Below, piece by piece: positions 38,986-48,007 of a DNA stretch of 64,000 nt; the stretch's first letter is position 1; each line of letters starts with the position of its first letter. Source of the stretch: an uncultured Candidatus Poseidoniales archaeon (GTDB taxonomy: Archaea; Thermoplasmatota; Poseidoniia; Poseidoniales; Thalassarchaeaceae); NCBI GenBank assembly GCA_963934165.1, contig CAWVXH010000003.1, forward strand, positions 43,102 through 107,101, in the 5' to 3' direction. The notes below the pieces were generated by a model. The model made no database searches and was not told where the DNA came from. It saw only the letters and a list, made by a program, of their open reading frames with translations. The position numbers and the translations under genes are program-made.

Positions 38986-39780
38986 ATGGAAGAGTACCTC
39001 AATTTCTTACGCCACATTCTTGAAAATGGTGAAGATAAAGGTGACCGGACCGGAACCGGAACGACCTCTTTATTTGGTTATCAAATGCGTTTTAATTTCG
39101 AGGAAGGGTTTCCTGCAATAACAACGAAAAAAATACATTGGCCTAGTGTTATCCATGAATTATTATGGTTTATCTCCGGTGAAACAAATGTTGAATACCT
39201 GCAACAAAATAAAATCAGAATATGGAATGAATGGGCTGATGAAAATGGAGATTTAGGGCCAGTATATGGCAAACAATGGAGGAAATGGGAGGGAGAAGAT
39301 GGGAAAATAATCGATCAGCTTGAAAATGCCATTGAATTAATCAAAACAAATCCAAATTCAAGGAGAATTATCATTTCAGCATGGAATGTTGGAGAATTAG
39401 ATAAAATGGCATTGATGCCTTGCCATGCTTTTTTCCAATTCTATGTAAATAATGGAAAATTATCATGTCAATTATACCAAAGAAGCGCAGATGCTTTTCT
39501 CGGTGTACCATTCAATATCTCGTCATACAGTTTGTTATTGCTGATGATTGCTCAATTATGTGATTTAGAACCGGGTGAATTTATCTGGACTGGAGGGGAT
39601 TGCCATCTATACAGCAACCACCTCGAACAAACTAGGCTTCAAATTGAGCGAATACCACTAAAACTACCAATTGTCAAATTGAATTCAGGAATTAAATCAA
39701 TTGATGATTTTACAGTAGAAGATATTGAAATTATTGATTATGAACATCACCCACACATCAAAGCACCAATTTCCATATGA
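38986..39780 (+). CDS. thyA: Thymidylate synthase (ThyA)
   Basis: [32 protein letters not shown] (catalytic Cys), [13 protein letters not shown]. Confidence 0.95.
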   Translation: MEEYLNFLRHILENGEDKGDRTGTGTTSLFGYQMRFNFEEGFPAITTKKIHWPSVIHELLWFISGETNVEYLQQNKIRIWNEWADENGDLGPVYGKQWRKWEGEDGKIIDQLENAIELIKTNPNSRRIIISAWNVGELDKMALMPCHAFFQFYVNNGKLSCQLYQRSADAFLGVPFNISSYSLLLLMIAQLCDLEPGEFIWTGGDCHLYSNHLEQTRLQIERIPLKLPIVKLNSGIKSIDDFTVEDIEIIDYEHHPHIKAPISI

Positions 39781-39789
39781 GGAATCAAA

Positions 39790-40299
39790 ATGAAAATTTC
39801 CATGATAGTTGCGATGGATGAACAAGGATATATTGGTCGCGGAAATGATCTACCATGGAAAATATCTTCAGACATGGCTCGATTCAAACAATTAACCGAA
39901 GGTGATGGTTCGAATGCGGTCATTATGGGGAGAAGAACTTGGGAATCATTACCAAAGTCCTTCCGGCCACTTCCCGATAGAACTAACATCGTAATGTCGA
40001 GATCTACAAATTGGTCAGATGATGGAACCGAAAATGCGCTATACCCAGGGCGGGCAATCGAAATTGCATACGCCCAAGGCTGTGATGAATGCTGGGTTAT
40101 CGGTGGAGCACAAATCTATGCAATGTTTCTTGAATTAATTAATGAAATTCATGTTACAACCGTACACACATCAGACAGTGGCGATGTACTATTCCCTGAT
40201 TGGGATCGTTCTAATTGGTATGAAGAAATTATCGAGAAAGTCGATTCAGACGAACGAAATGAGTTTGAAACTACTTATTCGTTATGGAAAAAAAAGTAA
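39790..40299 (+). CDS. folA: Dihydrofolate reductase
   Basis: ISMIVAMDEQGYIGRGNDLPW, VIMGRRTWESLP, WVIGGAQIY. Confidence 0.9.
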   Translation: MKISMIVAMDEQGYIGRGNDLPWKISSDMARFKQLTEGDGSNAVIMGRRTWESLPKSFRPLPDRTNIVMSRSTNWSDDGTENALYPGRAIEIAYAQGCDECWVIGGAQIYAMFLELINEIHVTTVHTSDSGDVLFPDWDRSNWYEEIIEKVDSDERNEFETTYSLWKKK

Positions 40300-40301
40300 T
40301 T

Positions 40302-40691
40302 TTATTCTCCGGAATATTCTGTAACACGAATGCCCAAGTTCCCTCTACGGGATTTACGTTGCATTATTATAGCCATTTTCTTGTGAAATTCAGATTCAAG
40401 GTCAATTTTCATTGCAAGAGAATGGCCGAGAATCAATATTAGTAAATCAGCGAGTTCCTCTGCTGCTTCTTCATCAGGTTTGCCTTTGGTTATTGCAGCA
40501 GCAAATTCTCCTAATTCCTCGACAGTCAAGGCGATTCGATATCCCATATCGTGACCGTTGTTTTCACTATTTTCAAAATCATGCTTGTCATGAAATTCAG
40601 CTACCTTTCTCATCATCGAATTCCATGACCCTTTTCTGTAATCATTTCCTTCAAGATTCATCCATTCATCTACACTCAATGGTTGTGCCAT
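40302..40691 (-). CDS. MazG-like nucleotide pyrophosphohydrolase
   Basis: EELGEFAAAI....EEAAEELADLLI (EExxE...ExxD helices). Confidence 0.7.
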   Translation of the reverse strand: MAQPLSVDEWMNLEGNDYRKGSWNSMMRKVAEFHDKHDFENSENNGHDMGYRIALTVEELGEFAAAITKGKPDEEAAEELADLLILILGHSLAMKIDLESEFHKKMAIIMQRKSRRGNLGIRVTEYSGE

Positions 40692-40716
40692 AAATGACCG
40701 GAGTATTACTTACGCT

Positions 40717-41040
40717 TCAACGTAAGCGCCGATATGAGTTGGAATCTAAATCACTGCTCGGCAATATCAGAATTAATCCAGCGAGACTAGAAATCATGAA
40801 TCCGGATAAAGTGATGAGGAAAATTAGTAGATTGAACTCTTTCGCTGAAAGTAATTCTTCACATAATTCTGGATCAATTGAACCTATCGTTTGTATCATC
40901 ATTCTAGTTTCAACATCACAGTTTTGTTTATACTCAACTTCAGATTTATCCCATTTATCAAGAACAGACATAGTCGTAGGTAATAGAATCAATGCTAAGA
41001 TTACTAAAACAAAACCGCTTTTATAATTCATAGAAAACAC
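40717..41040 (-). CDS. Small hypothetical membrane protein (N- and C-terminal TM)
   Basis: Preferred over the overlapping + ORF 40694..41026 because of clean TM segments and co-orientation with neighbours. Confidence 0.4.
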   Translation of the reverse strand: MFSMNYKSGFVLVILALILLPTTMSVLDKWDKSEVEYKQNCDVETRMMIQTIGSIDPELCEELLSAKEFNLLIFLITLSGFMISSLAGLILILPSSDLDSNSYRRLR

Positions 41041-41802
41041 TCAAAATAATTGAATTAGAGAATCTAAACATTTTAAGATTTGTGACCTCAATGTGCCTGC
41101 CATGGAGTCTACGGAATGATGATCAATTGGAGCTATCGGGTCACCCGGTTCTCTTCCAGCAGCCCAATTAGATGAGCAACAAAGAGCTAAGTGGGGAATA
41201 CCAGTTTCACAAACAAGCCTTTGTTCTGGGCCTAAAGTCATACCGACCACATCGGCCCCAAGCTTTTCTAGAGCATCAATCTCGACAGCAGTTTCAAATT
41301 GAGGTCCAACACACTGTGCGACTATCAAATTCTTGATAACGACACCGTCTTGTGTTGAAAGAGCCTTAGTTGCTATTGAAATCGCATTTTCATCAAAGGG
41401 GGATGTTCTGTCAAAATGTGTATCATCGTCATGAAATGACCATGGACGTATTGAAAGATCGAGAACATCTCCTGCGATTCCAATATTTCCTGGAGGTAAT
41501 TCATCATTCATTGAACCAACCGAATTGATTGAAATTATCAATTTAGGATTGGTACTCGCGGCAGCATGAACATTAGCTCGGTGTTCAATTTCGTGAGGAG
41601 CGATTCTTGAGCCATCGGGTGAGTGATGGCGATCTATAATCACTATTTCACCATGATTAGTTTTGACAAGGTTAAGTGGAACATCGCCCCATTCAGATGA
41701 TGCCCTGATAGAAGTTACTGTGTTTTTTCTAGATAATATGAAGTCATCCGTAAGTGAACTCATCCCAGTTCCGCATAATATCGCGATGCGCGTCATAACC
41801 AA
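41041..41802 (-). CDS. Purine nucleoside / 5'-methylthioadenosine phosphorylase family protein
   Basis: IAILCGTG, DRHH...P.EI.HRANV, GPQFETAVE, GADVVGMTLGPE. Confidence 0.7.
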   Translation of the reverse strand: MVMTRIAILCGTGMSSLTDDFILSRKNTVTSIRASSEWGDVPLNLVKTNHGEIVIIDRHHSPDGSRIAPHEIEHRANVHAAASTNPKLIISINSVGSMNDELPPGNIGIAGDVLDLSIRPWSFHDDDTHFDRTSPFDENAISIATKALSTQDGVVIKNLIVAQCVGPQFETAVEIDALEKLGADVVGMTLGPEQRLVCETGIPHLALCCSSNWAAGREPGDPIAPIDHHSVDSMAGTLRSQILKCLDSLIQLF

Positions 41803-41844
41803 CCCTCGATGATTTCATTCAAAGGGCTTGTCGCCACAGAGAGA

Positions 41845-42750
41845 TTATTCATTGAGTCTATCGATGAGGACTGATTTCTTTCCAGAAACCGCTTTTCCTT
41901 GGGATTTAAGTAATTCTTTGAGTTCAGTAACCTTCATCGAGGAATAGTCGATTGATTCATCTTCAAGTTCTTCTTCTAGTTCTGATTCTACGGAATCTTC
42001 AACGATTGCATCACTAACGTCATCGGCATCTTCGTCCGCTTCATCTACATTTTCTTCAGTGTCCGAAACATCTCTAATCTTAGCCTCTTCTGCATCTGCA
42101 GATTCTTGAGCATGAATTTCATCCAGTGTTGGTCCATCCTCGACAAGAACGCCTGATTGGAGAAGTTGGGTCCTACGAATAATAACTGTACGGACAGGTT
42201 GAATTTTAGATACTGATTCTTTAATTGTATTTTCAATAGAGCCATCTAACACTGCTTTTTGCAGTGCTAGCCAGGTCATTGAAGCACCAGTAGTTAAAAT
42301 TGCATCTCTTGCTATTGTCCTCATCTCTTGCTTCTGGCTTGATTTAACACGACCCCTTGTGATGATTAGAGGCTTGAATCGAACATAATATCCATCTTCA
42401 GTAACAACATCTACTGTATCATCGATTTTCCCACGATCTCGACGAACTTGTCGGCGAATCTGATCCTTCAAATGCTCATGACCAACAAATTCAGTTAATG
42501 CATCACCAGATACGACGTCGATAACTCGAAACTGAATTTTTACATGCATCTTAGAAAAGTCGCCGTCTAGTTCATTTTGCATAATTTCATAACTACGGCC
42601 AATCAAAAATTCGTTATCCTCAGCGAGTGTTTCGCCAATAACTCTGAACGACCACGGATTACGAGGCGCTCTAATAGTGAACCAGCGTTTTGCCTTCCAC
42701 TTATCTTTCTGTTTACGTGCCGCTGCTCTTGCTGATGCTCCTTTTGCCAT
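41845..42750 (-). CDS. rps3ae: 30S ribosomal protein S3Ae with ~100-aa C-terminal extension (acidic linker + SAP/HeH-like motif)
   Basis: MAKG..ARAAARKQKDKWKAKRWFTIRAP...GR core. The tail ends MKVTELKELLKSQGKAVSGKKSVLIDRLNE. Confidence 0.9.
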   Translation of the reverse strand: MAKGASARAAARKQKDKWKAKRWFTIRAPRNPWSFRVIGETLAEDNEFLIGRSYEIMQNELDGDFSKMHVKIQFRVIDVVSGDALTEFVGHEHLKDQIRRQVRRDRGKIDDTVDVVTEDGYYVRFKPLIITRGRVKSSQKQEMRTIARDAILTTGASMTWLALQKAVLDGSIENTIKESVSKIQPVRTVIIRRTQLLQSGVLVEDGPTLDEIHAQESADAEEAKIRDVSDTEENVDEADEDADDVSDAIVEDSVESELEEELEDESIDYSSMKVTELKELLKSQGKAVSGKKSVLIDRLNE

Positions 42751-42895
42751 TTTCAACGACTCCGTATATTTCGGGGGCTACCCCGTATGCGAGCCGAGCG
42801 AACTACATTCAGTATATGAACGAGACGATGAAAATGAGGATGAAAATTCCCTCGACAGCGGCGCATTCAAGGGCAGGGTGTGTTCGCGTTTAACT

Positions 42896-43333
42896 ATGAG
42901 TTTGCATAACGCTTCTTGGAGAGTCAATGCAAGCGCCATAGATGATTTAGAATTATTAGAAACAACCATTGTCTGGTTAGCTGGAAACAATTCTAAATTT
43001 ACCCTCAAAAAGGACAAATCTTGGCATGGTTCCCCTCATCACACACTCGTTGCAACAGTAGATAAGCGTCGGCCATCGATAGAATCATTGGCGAGACTTG
43101 GTAACAATACCTTGCAAGAAATCCTTGAGGGAGATATTTCTCAAAGAATTGATGAAGAAAAAATACTCCATATTCGATTGCGACTTGATAGGCTAGTAAA
43201 TTCGGAAGCTGTTCTTGTTGAAAACAAATTCAAAGGTGCCTCTGTAAAAGGTAAATTCAAAATTGAATCATACCCGGGTGACAATCCAGAAATAATAGTT
43301 ACTGAATTAATCAATAAAATTGTTAATTCGTAA
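42896..43333 (+). CDS. Hypothetical protein, possibly DUF54/COG1325-type RNA-binding protein
   Basis: Pattern ...IDDLELLE..I.WL.....; ILHIRLRLDRL loosely resembles the family's RxDKQ region. The upstream ORF part overlaps rps3ae, so Met 42896 is used. Confidence 0.35.
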   Translation: MSLHNASWRVNASAIDDLELLETTIVWLAGNNSKFTLKKDKSWHGSPHHTLVATVDKRRPSIESLARLGNNTLQEILEGDISQRIDEEKILHIRLRLDRLVNSEAVLVENKFKGASVKGKFKIESYPGDNPEIIVTELINKIVNS

Positions 43334-43399
43334 TTATTCGGAAATAGTAGAAAGCAAGATTTGATACGTAGTTGGCAGAACCATAGGATGAGGATTAAG

Positions 43400-43678
43400 A
43401 TGACCCACGTAGTTACCGATGCATGTGTGAATCATAAGTACCAAGATTGTGTTGCAGTTTGCCCTGTTGAAGCATTTAAAGAAGCCGAGAATTATCTCGT
43501 TATCGATCCAGATGAATGTATTGATTGTGCTGCTTGTATACCTGAGTGTCCAGTAGGGGCGATTTATGCAGATACAGACTTACCTGATGATCAGGAATCT
43601 TGGCTTGATAGAAATGAAAATGAGGCAATCGATCTTCCTATTGCTGAAGGTGACTCTCCGGTCTTAGCAGATTTGTGA
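43400..43678 (+). CDS. fdxA: 7Fe-type ([3Fe-4S][4Fe-4S]) ferredoxin, FdxA-like
   Basis: Collinear with Azotobacter FdI ([20 protein letters not shown]....[23 protein letters not shown]). Exactly the seven ligand Cys are retained. Confidence 0.85.
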   Translation: MTHVVTDACVNHKYQDCVAVCPVEAFKEAENYLVIDPDECIDCAACIPECPVGAIYADTDLPDDQESWLDRNENEAIDLPIAEGDSPVLADL

Positions 43679-43745
43679 GTATTCGTTGCACCTAAAGAAT
43701 TCGCTGAACATAGGTTATTGAACTATTGAAAGTGCGGTATGCACG

Positions 43746-44738
43746 ATGGCAAATCCACTCGACTTCCAACAAATGAGACACGGTACCGCTTTGCTTAAGC
43801 AAGGATTTGCAAAAATGCAAGAAGGAGGTGTCATCATGGACGTCGTAAACCCTGAAGAAGCGCATATCGCGGAAGATGCGGGTGCAGTTTCAGTAATGGC
43901 ATTGGAACGCGTGCCTGCTGATATTCGAGCAGATGGTGGGGTCGCGCGAATGAGCCATCCTGATATGATTAGAGAAATTATCGAAACCACGAGCATTCCA
44001 GTCATGGCCAAGGCACGGATTGGTCATTCAGATGAAGCAAAAGTATTGGAAGCCCTAGGAGTCGACATGGTCGATGAATCAGAAGTATTGACTCCTGCAG
44101 ATCCTTTCTATCATATTCCAAAAAATGACTTTTCTATTCCATTCGTCTGTGGCTGTACAAATTTAGGAGAAGCAATTAGAAGAGTTGCTGAAGGAGCTGC
44201 TATGATCCGAACAAAAGGAGAAGCAGGTACCGGAAATGTAGTCAGTGCAATTCAGCATGCAAGAGTAGTTGCTGAAGAAATTAATCTAGCACAAACAACT
44301 GATGCAGCGGGAAGGGAAAAAATGATCAATCAAATAATGAAAGGTTTCTCCCAAAGATTAGAAGCAGCTTCAGAATTCGGTTTTACTGTGAAAAATACTC
44401 CTTTTGGTTCAATGGATGATTTGCGAAATGAAGCCTCATTAATTCTTGAAGAAGTAGCATCGATTGGAAGGTTACCGGTCGTTACATTCTCGGCAGGAGG
44501 AATAGCCACTCCATCTGATGCTGCACTATTAATGAATCAAGGAATGGATGGCATATTTGTAGGATCTGGCATTTTTAAATCATCTAATCCAGTAGTAACT
44601 GCGGAAGCAATAGTATTGGCAACTCATCATTACGAAGATGCGACTGTTGTAGCCGAAGCTTCGGCAATGATGGGTGATGCTATGCCTGGTTTAGAAATTG
44701 AAAGCTTAGATGTTCGTTTAGAAGAACGTGGATGGTAA
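43746..44738 (+). CDS. pdxS: Pyridoxal 5'-phosphate synthase subunit PdxS (archaeal form with insertion)
   Basis: [55 protein letters not shown]-terminus. Confidence 0.95.
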   Translation: MANPLDFQQMRHGTALLKQGFAKMQEGGVIMDVVNPEEAHIAEDAGAVSVMALERVPADIRADGGVARMSHPDMIREIIETTSIPVMAKARIGHSDEAKVLEALGVDMVDESEVLTPADPFYHIPKNDFSIPFVCGCTNLGEAIRRVAEGAAMIRTKGEAGTGNVVSAIQHARVVAEEINLAQTTDAAGREKMINQIMKGFSQRLEAASEFGFTVKNTPFGSMDDLRNEASLILEEVASIGRLPVVTFSAGGIATPSDAALLMNQGMDGIFVGSGIFKSSNPVVTAEAIVLATHHYEDATVVAEASAMMGDAMPGLEIESLDVRLEERGW

Positions 44739-44740
44739 GA

Positions 44741-45787
44741 CTATTTTTTCCCTCGAGCGGTGCCAAATTTCCTTCCACTTTTTTTATTGATACCAGCATC
44801 TTTTGATTCGGTTAATTGTTCATCTGATTCCCTTATTCCACCAATAATCAATGAACCGCTATTCAATAATTGTTCAGTAAGAGAATCGGCCATGCCCTCA
44901 TCTTGATCAGGAGTCCTCAATGCATCTTTAACAGATAGATTATGATCCCGGATAACTCTTTCACGCTCCTCATTCGCCGCTTTAATCTCATCTCGAATTT
45001 CATTACATTGGTCAATTATTTCTTTCATGTTTCCATGGACTTCGTTGGCAGCTTCCCGAGAAGTGATATAGGCTGCATGTAAGCGATCGCCCTCTGCTCT
45101 CAAAAAATCCCTCTCTTGTAAAATTGGCTTAACATCTTCCCAAATTTCATCTGCTTGCTTGTGGCAATCAATCATAGCCTGATGCTCTAAATCTGCCTCC
45201 GACTTCAAAATAAGTATGGAACCATCCATGTCATTGAGGTCAATTTTGATGATTTCAAATTCAGCCACCGCTGGTAATAATTCATTTCTTCGAGAAATCA
45301 AAGATTTCAGTTTTTTTAACAATTTATTTTCTGACTCTAGAGTTAATCGACCATCGGTCATTATAGTATTTTCAATACGATCGATTTCGCTAACAGTTTC
45401 AGTCAATTGAAGTACGATGGATTTAGAATTATTTTCATCAGAACGACGACCTTTCTTTTGGTTGATTAATTCTCGAATCTGGTTTTGGATCTCGTCTCTC
45501 TTTGCTTTGTGAACTTTCGCTTGGTCTCTAATGGATTTTTGCTCATCTAACTGAGCCTTAATTGATTCACGCAATTCTTTTCCTTGTTCTTGAATTGCAT
45601 TCCGAGAATCTGCAGCTCGTCGAGCGTCTTCATTGTGACCATTACGCTGATCACGCATTCGGCGTATGCGTGTTTCCATAGCATGTAGACGGGTTCTCAA
45701 ATCGTCATCGGGCTTCTCAGCATCTTCTGGCACAACTCGCCGAGAAGGGAACCCTTCTTCAATGAAACTACTTGAATCAGAGCCCAA
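44741..45787 (-). CDS. COG1340-like archaeal coiled-coil protein, paralog A (basic C-terminal tail)
   Basis: Heptad-rich sequence. Motifs IENTIMTDGRLTLESENKLLKKLKSL and SEADLEH are shared with paralogs B-D. TTG start overlaps the upstream gene by 11 nt. Confidence 0.6.
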   Translation of the reverse strand: MGSDSSSFIEEGFPSRRVVPEDAEKPDDDLRTRLHAMETRIRRMRDQRNGHNEDARRAADSRNAIQEQGKELRESIKAQLDEQKSIRDQAKVHKAKRDEIQNQIRELINQKKGRRSDENNSKSIVLQLTETVSEIDRIENTIMTDGRLTLESENKLLKKLKSLISRRNELLPAVAEFEIIKIDLNDMDGSILILKSEADLEHQAMIDCHKQADEIWEDVKPILQERDFLRAEGDRLHAAYITSREAANEVHGNMKEIIDQCNEIRDEIKAANEERERVIRDHNLSVKDALRTPDQDEGMADSLTEQLLNSGSLIIGGIRESDEQLTESKDAGINKKSGRKFGTARGKK

Positions 45788-47345
45788 TTAATGAAGTGAA
45801 AAATGGTAATATAGGTGAAATAACAACAATGGCTGCACCTGCTAAAAATAAGCCACCAACTGTCAATCTTAGCCTAGTAAACATGTCGGGACGATTTTGA
45901 ACTGTTAATACACGTCCAGAGATTAAATTCCCATAAATGTCTTCGAGACGTACGGAAACTGTCGCCTCTCCTGTGTGGGCTGGCAAAAGACTCTGCCAAA
46001 TGATATCTGTGGATTTTAGCGCATCTGGTAGTTGTTGAATGATCGAAAGGTTGCTTTTTCCGATTTTTGAAGGTTCGTAAGGATCAATCCGAAGGTTGTA
46101 AACACATTCATTAGGACGGAAATCTGGAGTCTGAACTCGTAGAATTAAATCGACAGAAGAGTCTCCTTGATTTAGAATGAAAGCGAACAAATTTGCTCGG
46201 CCAACAACTAAATTTTCCATGTCAACATCAAACCAAATATTTCTCGAATGCCCCTTTTCTAAATGCATTCTCATTCGGTCATGCAATCTAAAAAAAGGCG
46301 CACAACGGTTTCTAGCACGTATCAATAATCTATCCCACGTCTCTTCACCTAATTCTGGGTGATTGAATAATTCATCAATAATTTGAATCGGCATCAATAA
46401 TTCCAATGAACTCCTGAATTCATTTTCGTTCATCAATCCAGCTCTACGAATATGCAATAAATGTAACAAACCTTCTTGTAAATTTGTCATATTTCTACCG
46501 TCATCAATATTTTTCTGAACAAGCCTGAGATAATCAGAAATTTTCACTGCAAGGAGTGGATCCACATGCGCTTTAATTACATCACTAAATGGCCGACGTA
46601 AAAGAGCAGGATGAACTGGAGGGGAGAATGCATCGAGCATTCCCCAAGGTTCTGATGCGTTGAATCGGGAGCGATTAGACACCATATGAACACCATGACC
46701 CGACAACAACGCCCCTGTTGAAAGTGCCAAGAGAACAGGTGTCCCCCTGGTAAAATCAGAAAATTGTAAACTGAGCAGTAGGAATATCCCAGACAAAAAC
46801 ATCAGAAGAGTTGTAGCTCCGACTTGGCGAATTGATCCTTCAATAGTTTCTTTCATCTCTGCATATCCATGAGCACTTTTGAAAGTAAATCCAGATGTAG
46901 TCAATCGCTCTGATTGAAGATAAAATATTTTTCTTGTTAGAATTAATAGTCTAAATAATACGATTAATAATCCAATATCTGCAACCAAAATAAAAAGAGC
47001 TAAAATGTAAAATCCACGATTTACATTAACCTCTCCAATCAAAGGTTGGGCATTTTCAACCCACCAATTTGGTGCTGAATTAGTGAATGATTGCGCAAGC
47101 CCAAATAATAATATCACCAGCATTGGCAAAACGGAAACAAATCTTGTCCCTCGGCTAATAAAGAGTCGATCAATACGAACTAAAATTGACTCATATGATT
47201 GATATTTAGTTATCATGTCAGATTTGTTTGGGTGTCTATGAATTGGATTATCTCTATTCACGGTAGAATCTAAAACTGGTGCCGAAGGAAGGGGGGTTTC
47301 TTTTGAGTTATTATTTTCGTTCAAAATGTCATTGAATTCGTTCAT
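45777..47345 (-). CDS. Hypothetical polytopic membrane protein (4 N-terminal TM, ~300-aa soluble domain, C-terminal TM)
   Basis: ATG preceded by gaggtga RBS; hydrophobic segments read from the translation; no family recognised. Confidence 0.6.
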   Translation of the reverse strand: MNEFNDILNENNNSKETPLPSAPVLDSTVNRDNPIHRHPNKSDMITKYQSYESILVRIDRLFISRGTRFVSVLPMLVILLFGLAQSFTNSAPNWWVENAQPLIGEVNVNRGFYILALFILVADIGLLIVLFRLLILTRKIFYLQSERLTTSGFTFKSAHGYAEMKETIEGSIRQVGATTLLMFLSGIFLLLSLQFSDFTRGTPVLLALSTGALLSGHGVHMVSNRSRFNASEPWGMLDAFSPPVHPALLRRPFSDVIKAHVDPLLAVKISDYLRLVQKNIDDGRNMTNLQEGLLHLLHIRRAGLMNENEFRSSLELLMPIQIIDELFNHPELGEETWDRLLIRARNRCAPFFRLHDRMRMHLEKGHSRNIWFDVDMENLVVGRANLFAFILNQGDSSVDLILRVQTPDFRPNECVYNLRIDPYEPSKIGKSNLSIIQQLPDALKSTDIIWQSLLPAHTGEATVSVRLEDIYGNLISGRVLTVQNRPDMFTRLRLTVGGLFLAGAAIVVISPILPFFTSLIGL

Positions 47346-47354
47346 TATTTCACC

Positions 47355-48002
47355 TCAAATTGTTCGAGCAAGGATACGGAAACCTATTTTCTCTGAGAAT
47401 TGGAGGGTTTTTTCTCCAATAAAATATTCATTATTTGAATTAATTATTTTTTGACCTATTTCTATACCTAAATCATTAATGGTTCGATTTTCAACACCAC
47501 CAAGCAAAATTACCTCAATTATCGCAGGAGTATCAGGCGGTAATGTTTGGATGGGAAGAAGCATACCGCTATCCACCAGTATGGGTTGTCGATTGATTAA
47601 AGGAATTTTTTTACCGTCTAAACGAAGTTCGGGAAAGCCCAACAATTCTTCTAATCGTGATTCCAATTCATCATTTACTACGTGTTCCATCCTACAGGAC
47701 ATTTCGTCAATGTCTCCTTGAAAACCAATAATATCCCGCAATAATATTTGTAGAAGAGATTCTCGACGTTTGATTTTTGCGGCATGATGGAATCCTTCAG
47801 AAGTTAACCTCGAACCACGGTATGGGATGTGCGTGACAAATCCCCTCCGGGCAAGACGTTGTATCATTTCAGTTGTCGACGCAGGGCTGACGTTCATCAT
47901 CTCCGCTAATTGAGTAGTCTTGACTATTTCATCAGGTTGTTCGAAGTGTGCTTCAAAAATCCGTTTGAGATACATCTCTTCGTATTCACTTAATTCACTC
48001 AT
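47355..48002 (-). CDS. DtxR/MntR-family metal-dependent transcriptional regulator with FeoA/SH3-like C-terminal domain
   Basis: EMYLKRIF....V.TTQLAEMMNVSPASTTEMIQRLARRG.V, and CRMEH matching the DtxR C102/E105/H106 ancillary-site positions. ATG at 48002 with ggtga RBS. Confidence 0.8.
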   Translation of the reverse strand: MSELSEYEEMYLKRIFEAHFEQPDEIVKTTQLAEMMNVSPASTTEMIQRLARRGFVTHIPYRGSRLTSEGFHHAAKIKRRESLLQILLRDIIGFQGDIDEMSCRMEHVVNDELESRLEELLGFPELRLDGKKIPLINRQPILVDSGMLLPIQTLPPDTPAIIEVILLGGVENRTINDLGIEIGQKIINSNNEYFIGEKTLQFSEKIGFRILARTI

Positions 48003-48007
48003 CCAAA

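Noticed and set aside
40694-41026. 110-aa plus-strand ORF overlapping the small membrane protein gene
   Set aside because: The minus-strand frame gives two clean TM helices and fits the surrounding minus-strand gene run. The plus frame is Ser/Ile/Asn-rich with no features.
42808-42837. Short direct repeat gatgaaaat-gag-gatgaaaat
   Set aside because: It is only two 9-bp copies in an intergenic or promoter-proximal stretch. That is too short to call a repeat element, and there is no spacer architecture suggesting CRISPR.
42677-42895. N-terminal 73 aa of the 218-aa plus-strand ORF
   Set aside because: It overlaps the rps3ae start and promoter region on the opposite strand and looks non-protein-like. 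The downstream Met at 42896 was used instead, and even that CDS has low confidence.
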